This document shows positions 49,006-58,494 of a stretch of DNA of 64,000 nucleotides, in pieces. The stretch is from a virus. Lineage: Duplodnaviria; Caudoviricetes. The stretch's first letter is position 1. Every line of letters starts with the position of its first letter. Made by a program: the position numbers and the translations under genes. The stretch lies in the IMG/VR virus record IMGVR_UViG_2974646641_000001, positions 1-64,000 of that record. One strand, given 5' to 3'. The notes below the pieces were generated by a model. It was given only the letters and a program-made list of their open reading frames with translations. It made no database searches and was not told the DNA's origin.

Positions 49006-49440
49006 TTATTCGCTCCAGTCGTATTTTATATTTTCGTGAATCTGAATATCATATTTTTTAGTTGTACCAAGAACCTTTGTTTTAAAGTCATGTTTCCTTA
49101 CAACAACAACTTCAACAGGAATACCATATTGCTTGGCGAACAGCTTGAATACAATTCCAGCTCCACGGTCAATCGCATAAGGCGTGAATCCGTTCTTTAC
49201 GTCATATACGTGTTTAATAATTCCTTTATCTCGTACCACGAAATCTGGTCGGTAGGTAATACCGCGTAATGTGATTTTGTCGTTAATAACGTTCTTTTCT
49301 AATAAATTAAACTTCTCATGGATAGTGATTGATTCAACATCAGAGTTCCTCAAAAACCTGTCATAGAAGTCATATTCTTTTTGAGAATCAAACGTAATAC
49401 CGTTTTCTTTTATTTTTTTACCATAATGTTGTAAACCCAA
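49006..49440 (-). CDS. PD-(D/E)XK nuclease (DUF1064-like)
   Basis: GITFDSQKE, ITYRPDF...VYDVKNG. Confidence 0.78.
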   Translation of the reverse strand: MGLQHYGKKIKENGITFDSQKEYDFYDRFLRNSDVESITIHEKFNLLEKNVINDKITLRGITYRPDFVVRDKGIIKHVYDVKNGFTPYAIDRGAGIVFKLFAKQYGIPVEVVVVRKHDFKTKVLGTTKKYDIQIHENIKYDWSE

Positions 49441-49441
49441 A

Positions 49442-49684
49442 TTACCAATCCTCCCGTTCTACCGTGTTCCATTTACTTGTCACGACAGACAGATGAGAAC
49501 CTTTCTGTGGAACAACATCAGTGGTATTAACCATATCCCAGCATTCATCACGGCTTCCGATAAAGTCGAACCATTGCGTTATTAAAATCGGAATATCATC
49601 ACTAACTGACACTACCTGACACAAATCTGATAAACACAATTCTTTATCTCCAATGTGTACAGTATTATTCTTAATTTCTCTCAT
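49442..49684 (-). CDS. hypothetical protein
   Basis: AAGGA SD; promoter TTGACA-17-TATAAT upstream. Confidence 0.6.
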   Translation of the reverse strand: MREIKNNTVHIGDKELCLSDLCQVVSVSDDIPILITQWFDFIGSRDECWDMVNTTDVVPQKGSHLSVVTSKWNTVEREDW

Positions 49685-49758
49685 TGAATTTCAGTTCCTT
49701 TCCTTTAACTATAACTACATTATATAACAAATTGTGCTATTTGTCAATCTTTTTAAAA

Positions 49759-49941
49759 CTATTCTGGCAATATTTTTTCAACACTGCTTCGCTCGAATAA
49801 CTTGGTTTCGGTTGAGTCAGTAATTGAAACAACTAACATATCGTCTGTTCGTTGAGCCATGTCAAAAACATTAATTAATGCGACCACAACACCATAGATG
49901 TTTGTTCCTTTAATCTTAACAAAATCTCCGACAGAAAACAT
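49759..49941 (-). CDS. hypothetical protein (KOW/SH3-like start MFSVGDFVKI)
   Basis: GAGGAGG SD. Confidence 0.55.
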   Translation of the reverse strand: MFSVGDFVKIKGTNIYGVVVALINVFDMAQRTDDMLVVSITDSTETKLFERSSVEKILPE

Positions 49942-49944
49942 TGA

Positions 49945-50556
49945 TTAGTCCTCCTCATTTAGTAGTTTTTCAACTTTACGAGCTACGCTGTCGCCAAACT
50001 TGGTTCTGACGGATTCCGAGGCTTGGCTATTATAACAGGCGAACCAAAAGCCGTGATGTGATTTTCGTTTGCATTTGATAACATCGGTAATGTGTTGTTG
50101 ATAGGCCCCAAGCTGTCTAGCCGCTTCCATTCGTGACGGGAAACATAAGATTTCACACGTTGTTAAATTGATTGCAATTACACGCTGTCCCCGTGACTTG
50201 CCATATTTTTCAACATATTGCTGATTGTAGAAACCATCGCACCACTCCAAATTATCAACCAGATTGTTGGCTGGATTGCAATCAATATGATTAACTTGCG
50301 GTAGGCTGTCTGGATTATCAATAAAGCAACTTGCAACAACACGATGAACAAGCGCGTGAACTATTTTTCCGCCTGTCCTAAACGACACATACATGTAACC
50401 ATTTTTATGTCGGTGTTGCTTCAACACACGACCCTTAATCAATTGCTTGCGGCCGTCCTTACCTGTCACGTAGTGGTCGAGTGTCCTCACCCTACCTAAA
50501 TTACTACCTTGCAACCACTCAATTTCTGGATAAGTCTTCCAAATTTCATTTTCCAT
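49945..50556 (-). CDS. NUMOD4-HNH homing endonuclease
   Basis: EIWKTYP...SNLGRVR, VHRVVA...QVNHID...NLEWCD; promoter TTGACA(50626-21)-17-TACAAT. Confidence 0.9.
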   Translation of the reverse strand: MENEIWKTYPEIEWLQGSNLGRVRTLDHYVTGKDGRKQLIKGRVLKQHRHKNGYMYVSFRTGGKIVHALVHRVVASCFIDNPDSLPQVNHIDCNPANNLVDNLEWCDGFYNQQYVEKYGKSRGQRVIAINLTTCEILCFPSRMEAARQLGAYQQHITDVIKCKRKSHHGFWFACYNSQASESVRTKFGDSVARKVEKLLNEED

Positions 50557-50649
50557 TCTTAAAATCCTCCTTAATTTATATTTCTTGATATGATTCAATT
50601 GTAACATTGTCTGAATATTTTGTCAACCACTTCTTTGTAATTTGTTGTT

Positions 50650-51465
50650 AATAAATAGAGAAATCATACGTGTTTCTATGTTTATGGAAAAATTTCTCGC
50701 CTTAGAAACCGGCTCTGTGTGCATATCAACTAATAACAACCAATCTGACGAACTGGTCTGTTTCTCAACGAGTTGGATTCAACGTGACGTCTAGTATATG
50801 AAAAACACCTTAGTTTAGCTTAGCCCGGCACTCACATAATCGTGCCCCAACCATAAAAACCCAAAACCAATTAATATTTAGATTGATTCTGGTTTGTTTA
50901 GTTAGATGTAACTTTAATTTAACACAAGACTAGAACCACCGCTGTTTGTAATGCGATTTGTTGAGCTGAACAGTCCTTTGCCTTAGCTCATATAAAAAAG
51001 TGCAGACTAATACACTGACTAAGAAACAAAGGATTGTGAGTTGTTCGCAACGCTGATAGTGTCGCCTCACGGGAGATTTATCCTTGATTAGTATTTCAAC
51101 TAATCACTAGCTTTCTACTACTACGTCATCTGTCCAAGTAGCTTAGCTTTCGCATATCTTCTAGTTTGCCTTACAGAGTGAGTTGAGTCTAATCGCCATA
51201 TTAATAGTAAATAACAGAACTCATATCTGCCAGTGACTAGCTTAGTACGATTAGCGAACTTTGGCCCTTTTCCATTCCGTCTTTAGCATATCCATTTCAT
51301 AAGGACTTAGCTTTCATCATACGATTAGAGGCTTCGGAAATTTTACCCCTTGACGCAACCAGCACCACTTCAAATCTCCTAAAGCAATACCGGCACTTAC
51401 CTATTTGTTAGTAACGCAGTAGGTTTTCTGCGCTGAATATTTGGTGCTTATTAAGTTTTCGTTAT
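50650..51465 (-). ncRNA. candidate large structured non-coding RNA (~800 nt)
   Basis: No ORF >=60 aa; two upstream minus-strand promoters; many hairpins and GAAA/CGAA-type loops. Confidence 0.5.
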
Positions 51466-51476
51466 TTTATGTCTAT

Positions 51477-51576
51477 ATAATAGCACATTTTTTTCAAGCT
51501 TGTCAATAGTTTTTACTAACTTTTTAAACTCTTTGTGCTACGGTATCATCTTATCACAATGGCCTTTTATTGTCAA
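51477..51576 (-). promoter_or_regulatory. tandem promoters firing into the ORF-free locus
   Basis: TTGACA(51506-01)-18-TG-TATTAT and TTGACA(51576-71)-17-TG-TAAGAT. Confidence 0.75.
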
Positions 51577-51612
51577 CTAAAAAAATATTTTTATCTTTTT
51601 TGTAATTTACTA

Positions 51613-51641
51613 TTGACTTTGTGTTGGAATCATGCTATTAT
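51613..51641 (+). promoter_or_regulatory. divergent promoter of the replication block
   Basis: TTGACT-17-TG-TATTAT then AAAGGAGG SD. Confidence 0.8.
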
Positions 51642-51672
51642 ATAGTCACATTCAAAAAAGGAGGAAATAGCG

Positions 51673-51957
51673 ATGGAAAGGCGAATCATTATGAGTCCAG
51701 ACGAATATGAGGAATTAGAAGCAGATTCAAACCGTCTTGAATACTTTATGTCGCTTTTTAAGGTTGATGGACAAGATGTAATTCTGAATAAAACTTCAAT
51801 TTTATCCCTAGTATTATCGAAGCAATTGGTCGATGAGGGCTACGAACGGGTAACAACTATCTATGGGAGTGGTAAGGCAATTGCACTAGAAGGATTTAAA
51901 GAAGACGGTCAGACTAAAGAAATGGGGTTGGACGATTATGAAATTAAAATTCAGTAA
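51673..51957 (+). CDS. hypothetical protein
   Basis: Strong SD. Confidence 0.65.
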   Translation: MERRIIMSPDEYEELEADSNRLEYFMSLFKVDGQDVILNKTSILSLVLSKQLVDEGYERVTTIYGSGKAIALEGFKEDGQTKEMGLDDYEIKIQ

Positions 51958-52435
51958 AGAAAGTGCGGTTCCAGAACACTATCAAAAAGATGGTCAGGAC
52001 TTGTTGTCACACCTTGAACATATCTTACCGGAAGACGAAATGCGTGGCGCTTACCGTTTTAACGTTATGAAGTACGCTACCAGAGCTGGACGTAAAGATG
52101 ACATTATTTTAGAACTTGACAAAATTACCCAGTATGCTGAACGCTGGAAGCAATTTGAACAGTCATTAAGAAAACAAGATGGTTTTGACCGTATGCTTCA
52201 ATTCAAACAACGTTATTACGATGGTCAGCAGATTGCAATGTATGTTGATGAGGCTGTACAAGATAGCGATACGTGTCGTTTAACCTTAGATGGCGTTCCG
52301 GCATATATTAATTCACTAAACTTTATTGTTTGCACTGACCAGCCTGTTTGCTATTCTAAGAAGCAATTGATGAAGTTCTTTAACACATGCAGTAATGATA
52401 AGTTTGTTAATTTGGAAATCTCAATCAAAAAATAG
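51938..52435 (+). CDS. DUF3310-like protein
   Basis: PEHY...RFNVMKYATRAGRK...ELDKITQY. Confidence 0.72.
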   Translation: MKLKFSKESAVPEHYQKDGQDLLSHLEHILPEDEMRGAYRFNVMKYATRAGRKDDIILELDKITQYAERWKQFEQSLRKQDGFDRMLQFKQRYYDGQQIAMYVDEAVQDSDTCRLTLDGVPAYINSLNFIVCTDQPVCYSKKQLMKFFNTCSNDKFVNLEISIKK

Positions 52436-52453
52436 AAAGGACAGGAAATCAAT

Positions 52454-53161
52454 TTGTTAATCAATATTATGGCCTCGTTTGGGGCTGGCAAAAGCTCGTT
52501 GGTAAAAATTTTAGGTGGGGATTTGAATGCGAAAGAATATTTGGAAGACCCGTATGCTATTCCGATTCTAAAGGATTATTATTCTGGTGGTAAGGAAACT
52601 CGTAAAAAGTACGGATTCCCTTTGCAAATCGCATGGCTAGATGAACGTTTCTCACAACTGCGAGAAGCTGTCGTACAAGACCGTGCTGTCATGGATTCCA
52701 ATTTGGTTGCAGATTCGATTGTCTACAAAGTTATTCACGACCGTGGCGAAACGACAGACCAAGAATATTTCTTATATTTGAAGTTATTGCGCCATATGTT
52801 AGATTCAGTTAGTGCAGAACCAAAAGGACATTATCCAGACTTATATGTGTTCTTAGATATTTCCCCAGAGAATGAGATTAAGAGTATCTTAGAACGCAAT
52901 CGTGCAATGGAAACGACCGACCCGGCATTGATTGAATACTATCACTCAATTAATGATGGTTTTAAGAACTGGGCTGATTCTTACAGTGAAGCACCAATTG
53001 TTAGAATCGACAGAAACAAATATGACTTTGTGAACAGTACCGAAGATAGGATTGTTGTTTTAGACACAATTGAAAAAGCGTTGGTCGATTTAGGTTACTT
53101 GACTGATTCAGAATTTGACGAAATTAAAAATACACGAGAGAAGCGAGGAGTTTTAAAATAA
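52454..53161 (+). CDS. deoxynucleoside kinase
   Basis: ASFGAGKSS P-loop, FPLQIAWLDERF, PDLYVFLD...ILERNR. Confidence 0.88.
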   Translation: MLINIMASFGAGKSSLVKILGGDLNAKEYLEDPYAIPILKDYYSGGKETRKKYGFPLQIAWLDERFSQLREAVVQDRAVMDSNLVADSIVYKVIHDRGETTDQEYFLYLKLLRHMLDSVSAEPKGHYPDLYVFLDISPENEIKSILERNRAMETTDPALIEYYHSINDGFKNWADSYSEAPIVRIDRNKYDFVNSTEDRIVVLDTIEKALVDLGYLTDSEFDEIKNTREKRGVLK

Positions 53162-53361
53162 TGGACACTTTAATTAATATTTTGACTTTCTTATTGGTAG
53201 CGGCATTGATGGTAGTATTCTACGGTATCGTAGCGGCAGTGCTTGGCGCATTGTGGGGCTTTAATGTTTCACTTGCTCTAGCACTCCGAGCTGGAGTCAC
53301 TGGTTATATCCTGTCGATTGTGGCTCCAATGATTTTCTGTTCACCATCATCAGACGAATAG
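53161..53361 (+). CDS. small membrane protein
   Basis: Two hydrophobic helices. Confidence 0.55.
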   Translation: MDTLINILTFLLVAALMVVFYGIVAAVLGALWGFNVSLALALRAGVTGYILSIVAPMIFCSPSSDE

Positions 53362-53375
53362 AATTAAAAAGTTTG

Positions 53376-53413
53376 AAAACACGCTTGCAAGGCGTGTTTT
53401 TTTGTGCTATAAT
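53376..53413 (+). promoter_or_regulatory. terminator hairpin overlapping a promoter
   Basis: AAAACACGC-TTGCAAG-GCGTGTTTT+TTT; loop TTGCAA lies 17 nt before TG-TATAAT. Confidence 0.65.
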
Positions 53414-53445
53414 ACTTGTATAGTAAGAGAAAGGATTGATGGTAC

Positions 53446-53919
53446 ATGAGATTAATAACTTGCTACGGGCCTAATTGCTACAAGCAAGGAATTAAACACC
53501 CTAAAGACGAATTAACAGAGTTCCACGGCAAAAACTATTGTAATAAATGTTTAAATGAAGTGATGAGTGATTATGAGTTCAGAACGTCACTAACAATATT
53601 ATTGCTGGGCGATTATAAGGGAAGCCCTTATCTTCCGTCAATGGTTGAAAACCAAATCAAGAAATATCTTAAAATGGGTATGACCTATGAGGGTATGTAT
53701 CGTACAGCAACATGGCTTAAAAGGGAAAAAGGAATTGTATTTGAAAGAAAATATGGAATTGGCCTGATTAGGCATTACTATGACAGTTATTCTAGCTATA
53801 AAGAAGATAACAAGAATGACAATCAAGCAACCGGGAGAGAAGCGGTCGTGGTAATAGCTAAGCCAGAACGCAGACATAAGCAAATCAAGGAAATAAATGG
53901 AGATGATTTATTTGATTAA
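53446..53919 (+). CDS. zinc-finger protein upstream of the helicase
   Basis: CYGPNC...YCNKC. Confidence 0.6.
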   Translation: MRLITCYGPNCYKQGIKHPKDELTEFHGKNYCNKCLNEVMSDYEFRTSLTILLLGDYKGSPYLPSMVENQIKKYLKMGMTYEGMYRTATWLKREKGIVFERKYGIGLIRHYYDSYSSYKEDNKNDNQATGREAVVVIAKPERRHKQIKEINGDDLFD

Positions 53920-55501
53920 CCAAAACGAATTAAAGGCATTAATCCCACAAAGCCAGATTTTTGGAGTGTTAGGTGTTCTATTAAATAACCCGGAAAAATT
54001 ACTTTCAGATAACGTATGCTTGGACAAAGAAGATTTTCAGAACAAGGTTCACCGCATTATCTTCTTTGCAATCAACAACATTATTAAAGAATCGCAACAC
54101 TTAAAAGAAATATCAGCAATTGACGTTGACACATATCTAACGCAGTTTGAGCAGTATCATTCAATCTTTGCTTCTGCCAAAGGAATTGATTACATTCAAT
54201 CAGCAAAAGACAACGCCAACGTTGGTACGTTTAACTCAAACTACCATTATCTAAAGAAGATGACGGTGCTTCGTAAGTTTGCAGAAAAGGGTATCGACAT
54301 TAGCGATATTTATGATATTCACACCGAGGACGTTAAGCTGTTGGAAGACCAACAAAAACGGCTTAGCCAATTATCGGAGGAAGACATTGTCAACCACTTT
54401 ACTCAAATCGTCAGTGGTATTAGAAATGAAGTTTCAGATTGGCAAAATAATTCATCGTCTTTCTCTGCTGGTGATGATATTGAGGACTTTATTGAACATA
54501 TCAATGACGCCCCTCAGTATGGATATGGATTTAAAGATAGCTTCATGAACTCGTTAACGGGTGGTATGCAATTCGGAAAGCTATTCTTACGTTCAATGAA
54601 AACCGGTGGTGGGAAGACTCGTTTAGGACTTTTAGACTTGATTAACGTGTCTATCACAGAACAGTACAACTGGCATACTAAAAAGTGGGTTAAAAATGAT
54701 GATGTTGAGCCATCTTTATTTATCTCAACAGAGCTGGATAAACATGAAATTCAAATGATTCTGTTGTCAGCAATCACTAATTTAACACCAGAAATCATTC
54801 GGCGTGGGAACTACGACCCAGCAACAAAGAAGACTATTGCTCATGCCGCAGAGGTTTTGCACGATTCGCCAATGCACTTCAAGGAAATCCAAGATTTCAG
54901 TATTGACGATGTCATGTCAATCATTGACGAATATGTTTTTAATTATGACGTGAAATACGTCAACTTCGATTATATTCAAGCAGTACCGAAGCTATTGCGA
55001 ACTGGTTCTGAACTTTACGGCGGACGTGATATTCGTGACGACCGTATCTTGTTAGCCTTGACCGACAAGCTTCGTAACAAGGCCAAGGAACTCGATATTT
55101 TCATTCAGTCAGCAACGCAGATTTCACCATCTGGTGAACTTGATTATGAATACAGCCGCACTGAACGTGCCTTACGTGACTCTAAATCAATCGCTGATAA
55201 GATTGACGTTGGCGTAATTTCAGCCGAAGTTAATGGAAAAGACTTGAAGAATTTGGAAAACTTAATTAATAACGCTGACGTTAACCCCTATGGTCTGGAA
55301 CCTAACATGGGTCACTTCATTTATAAGAACCGTCTTGGAAAGAAATCGGTAGTTATTTGGACGTACACAAACCTAGGTACACTGTATAGCTATCCTTTGT
55401 TCGTGACCGATTACAACTACAACTTAGTTGATGTACCGAGAACTAAAATTACAGTTGGCAGTGATGGAAAATTTGGTGTTGATGAAGATTTAGTTTTTTA
55501 G
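53897..55501 (+). CDS. dnaB: replicative DNA helicase (DnaB-like)
   Basis: DnaB N-domain pattern, TGGGKT, ISTE, FDYIQ, ATQ, SKSIADKID. Confidence 0.88.
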   Translation: MEMIYLINQNELKALIPQSQIFGVLGVLLNNPEKLLSDNVCLDKEDFQNKVHRIIFFAINNIIKESQHLKEISAIDVDTYLTQFEQYHSIFASAKGIDYIQSAKDNANVGTFNSNYHYLKKMTVLRKFAEKGIDISDIYDIHTEDVKLLEDQQKRLSQLSEEDIVNHFTQIVSGIRNEVSDWQNNSSSFSAGDDIEDFIEHINDAPQYGYGFKDSFMNSLTGGMQFGKLFLRSMKTGGGKTRLGLLDLINVSITEQYNWHTKKWVKNDDVEPSLFISTELDKHEIQMILLSAITNLTPEIIRRGNYDPATKKTIAHAAEVLHDSPMHFKEIQDFSIDDVMSIIDEYVFNYDVKYVNFDYIQAVPKLLRTGSELYGGRDIRDDRILLALTDKLRNKAKELDIFIQSATQISPSGELDYEYSRTERALRDSKSIADKIDVGVISAEVNGKDLKNLENLINNADVNPYGLEPNMGHFIYKNRLGKKSVVIWTYTNLGTLYSYPLFVTDYNYNLVDVPRTKITVGSDGKFGVDEDLVF

Positions 55502-55513
55502 AGGTATGGGAAA

Positions 55514-56551
55514 ATGAAATATTATAAGAGTGATTTAAACAAAGTTATTGATTATTATGGTTTTGATTATCGGGAGGGAAATGGAAATTGTCAATTAAGA
55601 ACTTACTGTCACCACCACGATGGTGACGGAAACTACAAACTATATGCTTATTTTGATGACGATGAATCAGTTCATCTCTATTGTTATTCGAGTTGTGGTT
55701 CTATGGACTTGGTCGGCTTCATCATGCACTACAAAGATTGCAATTACTACACAGCCCAGAATGAAATCGACATGATTGTTGGCAGGCGCCATCAAGTCGG
55801 TTTTGTGGCACAGGAGTTATATAATCCAGCAAAGCAACTTGAAAAGAGGCATGAGAATAAAAGCTCTGCTGACATAAAAAGGTTGAGTGCCGAGATTTTA
55901 AGTTCTTATAGCAATTATGCCTACGAGGGCTGGGTGAATGAGGGGATTAGCACTGAAACGCAAGCGAAGTTCGGCATTCGGTTCTCAATCCCTGATAATA
56001 AAGTGATAATTCCGCAAGTCGATAAAGATGGTGAATTGATTGGGGTTCGTGGTCGTAGCTTAGACCAGTATGAAGTTGAAACTTACGGCAAGTATCGGCC
56101 AGTGACATTCAGAGGCCAGACGCTATCGTTCCCGACCAGCTTGAACTGGTATGGCCTATACCAGAACAAAGAAATAATCATGAAGACGAAACAGGTGATT
56201 ATCTTTGAATCTGAAAAGTCGGTTATGCAGTTAGATACGATGATGAACGGACACGGTAATGGTTTGGCACTTTCTGGTTCAAGTATTTCTGATTGGCAGA
56301 TAAGAGAGCTGATGAATCTGGATATAAATGAGGTTGTTGTTGGTCTTGATAAAGACTATAAAGATGAGGCCGGTTATAATCTTCATGCCAACTTGATTGT
56401 GAAGATGTTTAGCAAACTACTACTTAGATTCAATGTGACAGTTATATTTGATGATGTGGACGGTTTGCTTGGCTATAAGGACAGCCCCACTGATTGTGGT
56501 AAAGAAACATTTCTAAAACTAATGAAAACTAGGAAGGTAATGAGTTTATGA
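55514..56551 (+). CDS. dnaG: DNA primase (zinc-binding + TOPRIM)
   Basis: CHH...CYSSCG, GVRGRSL, IFESEKS, GLDKD. Confidence 0.85.
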   Translation: MKYYKSDLNKVIDYYGFDYREGNGNCQLRTYCHHHDGDGNYKLYAYFDDDESVHLYCYSSCGSMDLVGFIMHYKDCNYYTAQNEIDMIVGRRHQVGFVAQELYNPAKQLEKRHENKSSADIKRLSAEILSSYSNYAYEGWVNEGISTETQAKFGIRFSIPDNKVIIPQVDKDGELIGVRGRSLDQYEVETYGKYRPVTFRGQTLSFPTSLNWYGLYQNKEIIMKTKQVIIFESEKSVMQLDTMMNGHGNGLALSGSSISDWQIRELMNLDINEVVVGLDKDYKDEAGYNLHANLIVKMFSKLLLRFNVTVIFDDVDGLLGYKDSPTDCGKETFLKLMKTRKVMSL

Positions 56552-58290
56552 GAATTGTAAAAAGTGACGAAGATTTAGCGAACGACCAGATTGACGGGTT
56601 CAATATTAATATTTTGCCAAAGACTGTGGGGAATATGGTCGAGCAAGCGATTGAATATCGAAAACATCACGTCTGGGACACGAGTGATGGCTCTATTGAT
56701 GTTGATGATTTGCCGTATAAGTCCGAGTTGAACAGGATAGCTGATGACTTACACGAAAACAACCGTAGAATCGCTATCCTAGTCGATGTCGATGTGGACG
56801 GTTATTGTTCGTCAGCCATCATCTATAAGGCGTTGAAAGCCGTTAACGAGAAGCTGGATATTGATACTTTGCTTCCGAATGCTAAGTTGCACGGTATCAA
56901 AGCCAACATTGACTTGGTCAAGAAGGATTATGATTATCTATTCTTGCCTGATAGTTCAGCTAACGACTTGCACACGATTGCAGAGCTGGAAAAGAGCGGA
57001 ACAAAATGCGTTGTTATTGACCACCATATTATTGAACAGGAACCGTATCTATTGGACAACCCCGATAAGTTCTTGATTTGTAGCAATCAATATCAAGATT
57101 CAGAACTAGACCGTAACTTGACTGGTGCGGGTATGGCATTACTGGTTACTAAACTCTGGAAGCAGAAGTACGATATTGAGCTTAATTATGACTTGGCGGC
57201 CTTGGGACAGATTGCAGATATGAGTAATCTGGACGATAAAGACATTTGGGAAATTGTTCAAAAAGGGTTAGCGAATATGAACAGCAAAATGTTGACGACT
57301 TTCTTTGAAGATGACCTAGAACTTCTCACGGTTAAACACTTGCAATTTAGTTTAATACCCCGTATCAATGCTGTGTCACGAATTGGTGAACACGAAGACC
57401 GCGAACTTATCTTTGACGCTTTGATTGACCAAGATGAATTAAAACCCGTGAGTGTTCGTCATAAAGGACAAGACGGTAAATTTCACACGGAAACCGTCAA
57501 AATGGACGTTTACAGCCGTGCAAAACGAACACTGGATAAAGTAAAAGGACGTCAAGATAGACTGGTTAAAAAGGCTCTAAAGGACGTTGAGTTTCTCACT
57601 AACAGAAATGATAATTTCAACGTAGCTGTACTAGACAAGAAATACGACAAAGGGATTTCGGGTTTAGTCGCGAACAAAATGCTCGGCAATACTAAGCAAC
57701 CAACATTGGTAGTAAAACGAAACGGTGAGCGCCTAGACGGTTCTGGACGCTTTCCAGTGACAATTAATGGATTGCAACTGTTACAAGGCGTTAATGCTTT
57801 CGCCGCAGGTCATGAGCAGGCATTCGGTGTTGGTTTTAAGGCTAACCAGTTTGACGATGTTTCAGAAGCGATTGGAATAGCCGTCAATGACGCTCCTGAT
57901 TATGTTTATCGTGTTGATGAAGCGTTAGTTAACGAATTGCCAAGTGTAGCAGAAATTAGAGCAATCTATCAAAGTTCCAAAACGTTCCGTGGCGCAAAAG
58001 ACGAGCCACTTATAGCTGTGCTCGGACTAAAGGTTGAGAAACGAAACATCACATTGAAGAATAATTGGCTAAAAATCACATTAGGAGATATTATAGTTAA
58101 CGACTTTAATGCGACAGACGACATTAAACGCTACGTTGAGTCTGGCTTCGGCGACAAATGTTTTAGTTTTGTTTGTTCGGCAGGGTTTAATTTCTGGACT
58201 GGGCGACCGATTCCGACATTAACTGTTGAGAAATTAGTTAAAAGTGATGGTGTTGAGGTCGGGGTTACTAAGGATAACTTCATCTTCTAA
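56548..58290 (+). CDS. recJ: RecJ-like ssDNA exonuclease (DHH)
   Basis: DVDVDG, IDHH, LTGAG, IADM, PRINA, GSGR, GHEQAFG. Confidence 0.9.
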   Translation: MRIVKSDEDLANDQIDGFNINILPKTVGNMVEQAIEYRKHHVWDTSDGSIDVDDLPYKSELNRIADDLHENNRRIAILVDVDVDGYCSSAIIYKALKAVNEKLDIDTLLPNAKLHGIKANIDLVKKDYDYLFLPDSSANDLHTIAELEKSGTKCVVIDHHIIEQEPYLLDNPDKFLICSNQYQDSELDRNLTGAGMALLVTKLWKQKYDIELNYDLAALGQIADMSNLDDKDIWEIVQKGLANMNSKMLTTFFEDDLELLTVKHLQFSLIPRINAVSRIGEHEDRELIFDALIDQDELKPVSVRHKGQDGKFHTETVKMDVYSRAKRTLDKVKGRQDRLVKKALKDVEFLTNRNDNFNVAVLDKKYDKGISGLVANKMLGNTKQPTLVVKRNGERLDGSGRFPVTINGLQLLQGVNAFAAGHEQAFGVGFKANQFDDVSEAIGIAVNDAPDYVYRVDEALVNELPSVAEIRAIYQSSKTFRGAKDEPLIAVLGLKVEKRNITLKNNWLKITLGDIIVNDFNATDDIKRYVESGFGDKCFSFVCSAGFNFWTGRPIPTLTVEKLVKSDGVEVGVTKDNFIF

Positions 58291-58295
58291 AATTA

Positions 58296-58322
58296 AGAGC
58301 AGAAATGCTCTTTTTTATTTTT
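58296..58322 (+). terminator. intrinsic terminator
   Basis: AAGAGCA-GAAA-TGCTCTT followed by a T-run. Confidence 0.8.
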
Positions 58323-58340
58323 GCGTTTTTTTAAGAAGTG

Positions 58341-58461
58341 TTGACATTTGGTAGAATACGCAGTATAATTGATTCATAAATTAAAGGGAAGAGGTAATAT
58401 GAATGAAAAATCAAGATTATTTTAAATGATGGTTGACATAGACGATGTATTCTGGTAAAAT
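58341..58461 (+). promoter_or_regulatory. tandem promoters flanking an 8-codon minigene (58399-58425)
   Basis: TTGACA-17-TATAAT (58341-69) and TTGACA-17-TAAAAT (58433-61). Confidence 0.75.
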
Positions 58462-58494
58462 ACAGAGTGTGATAAGAAAAAAGGAGTGATAGTA

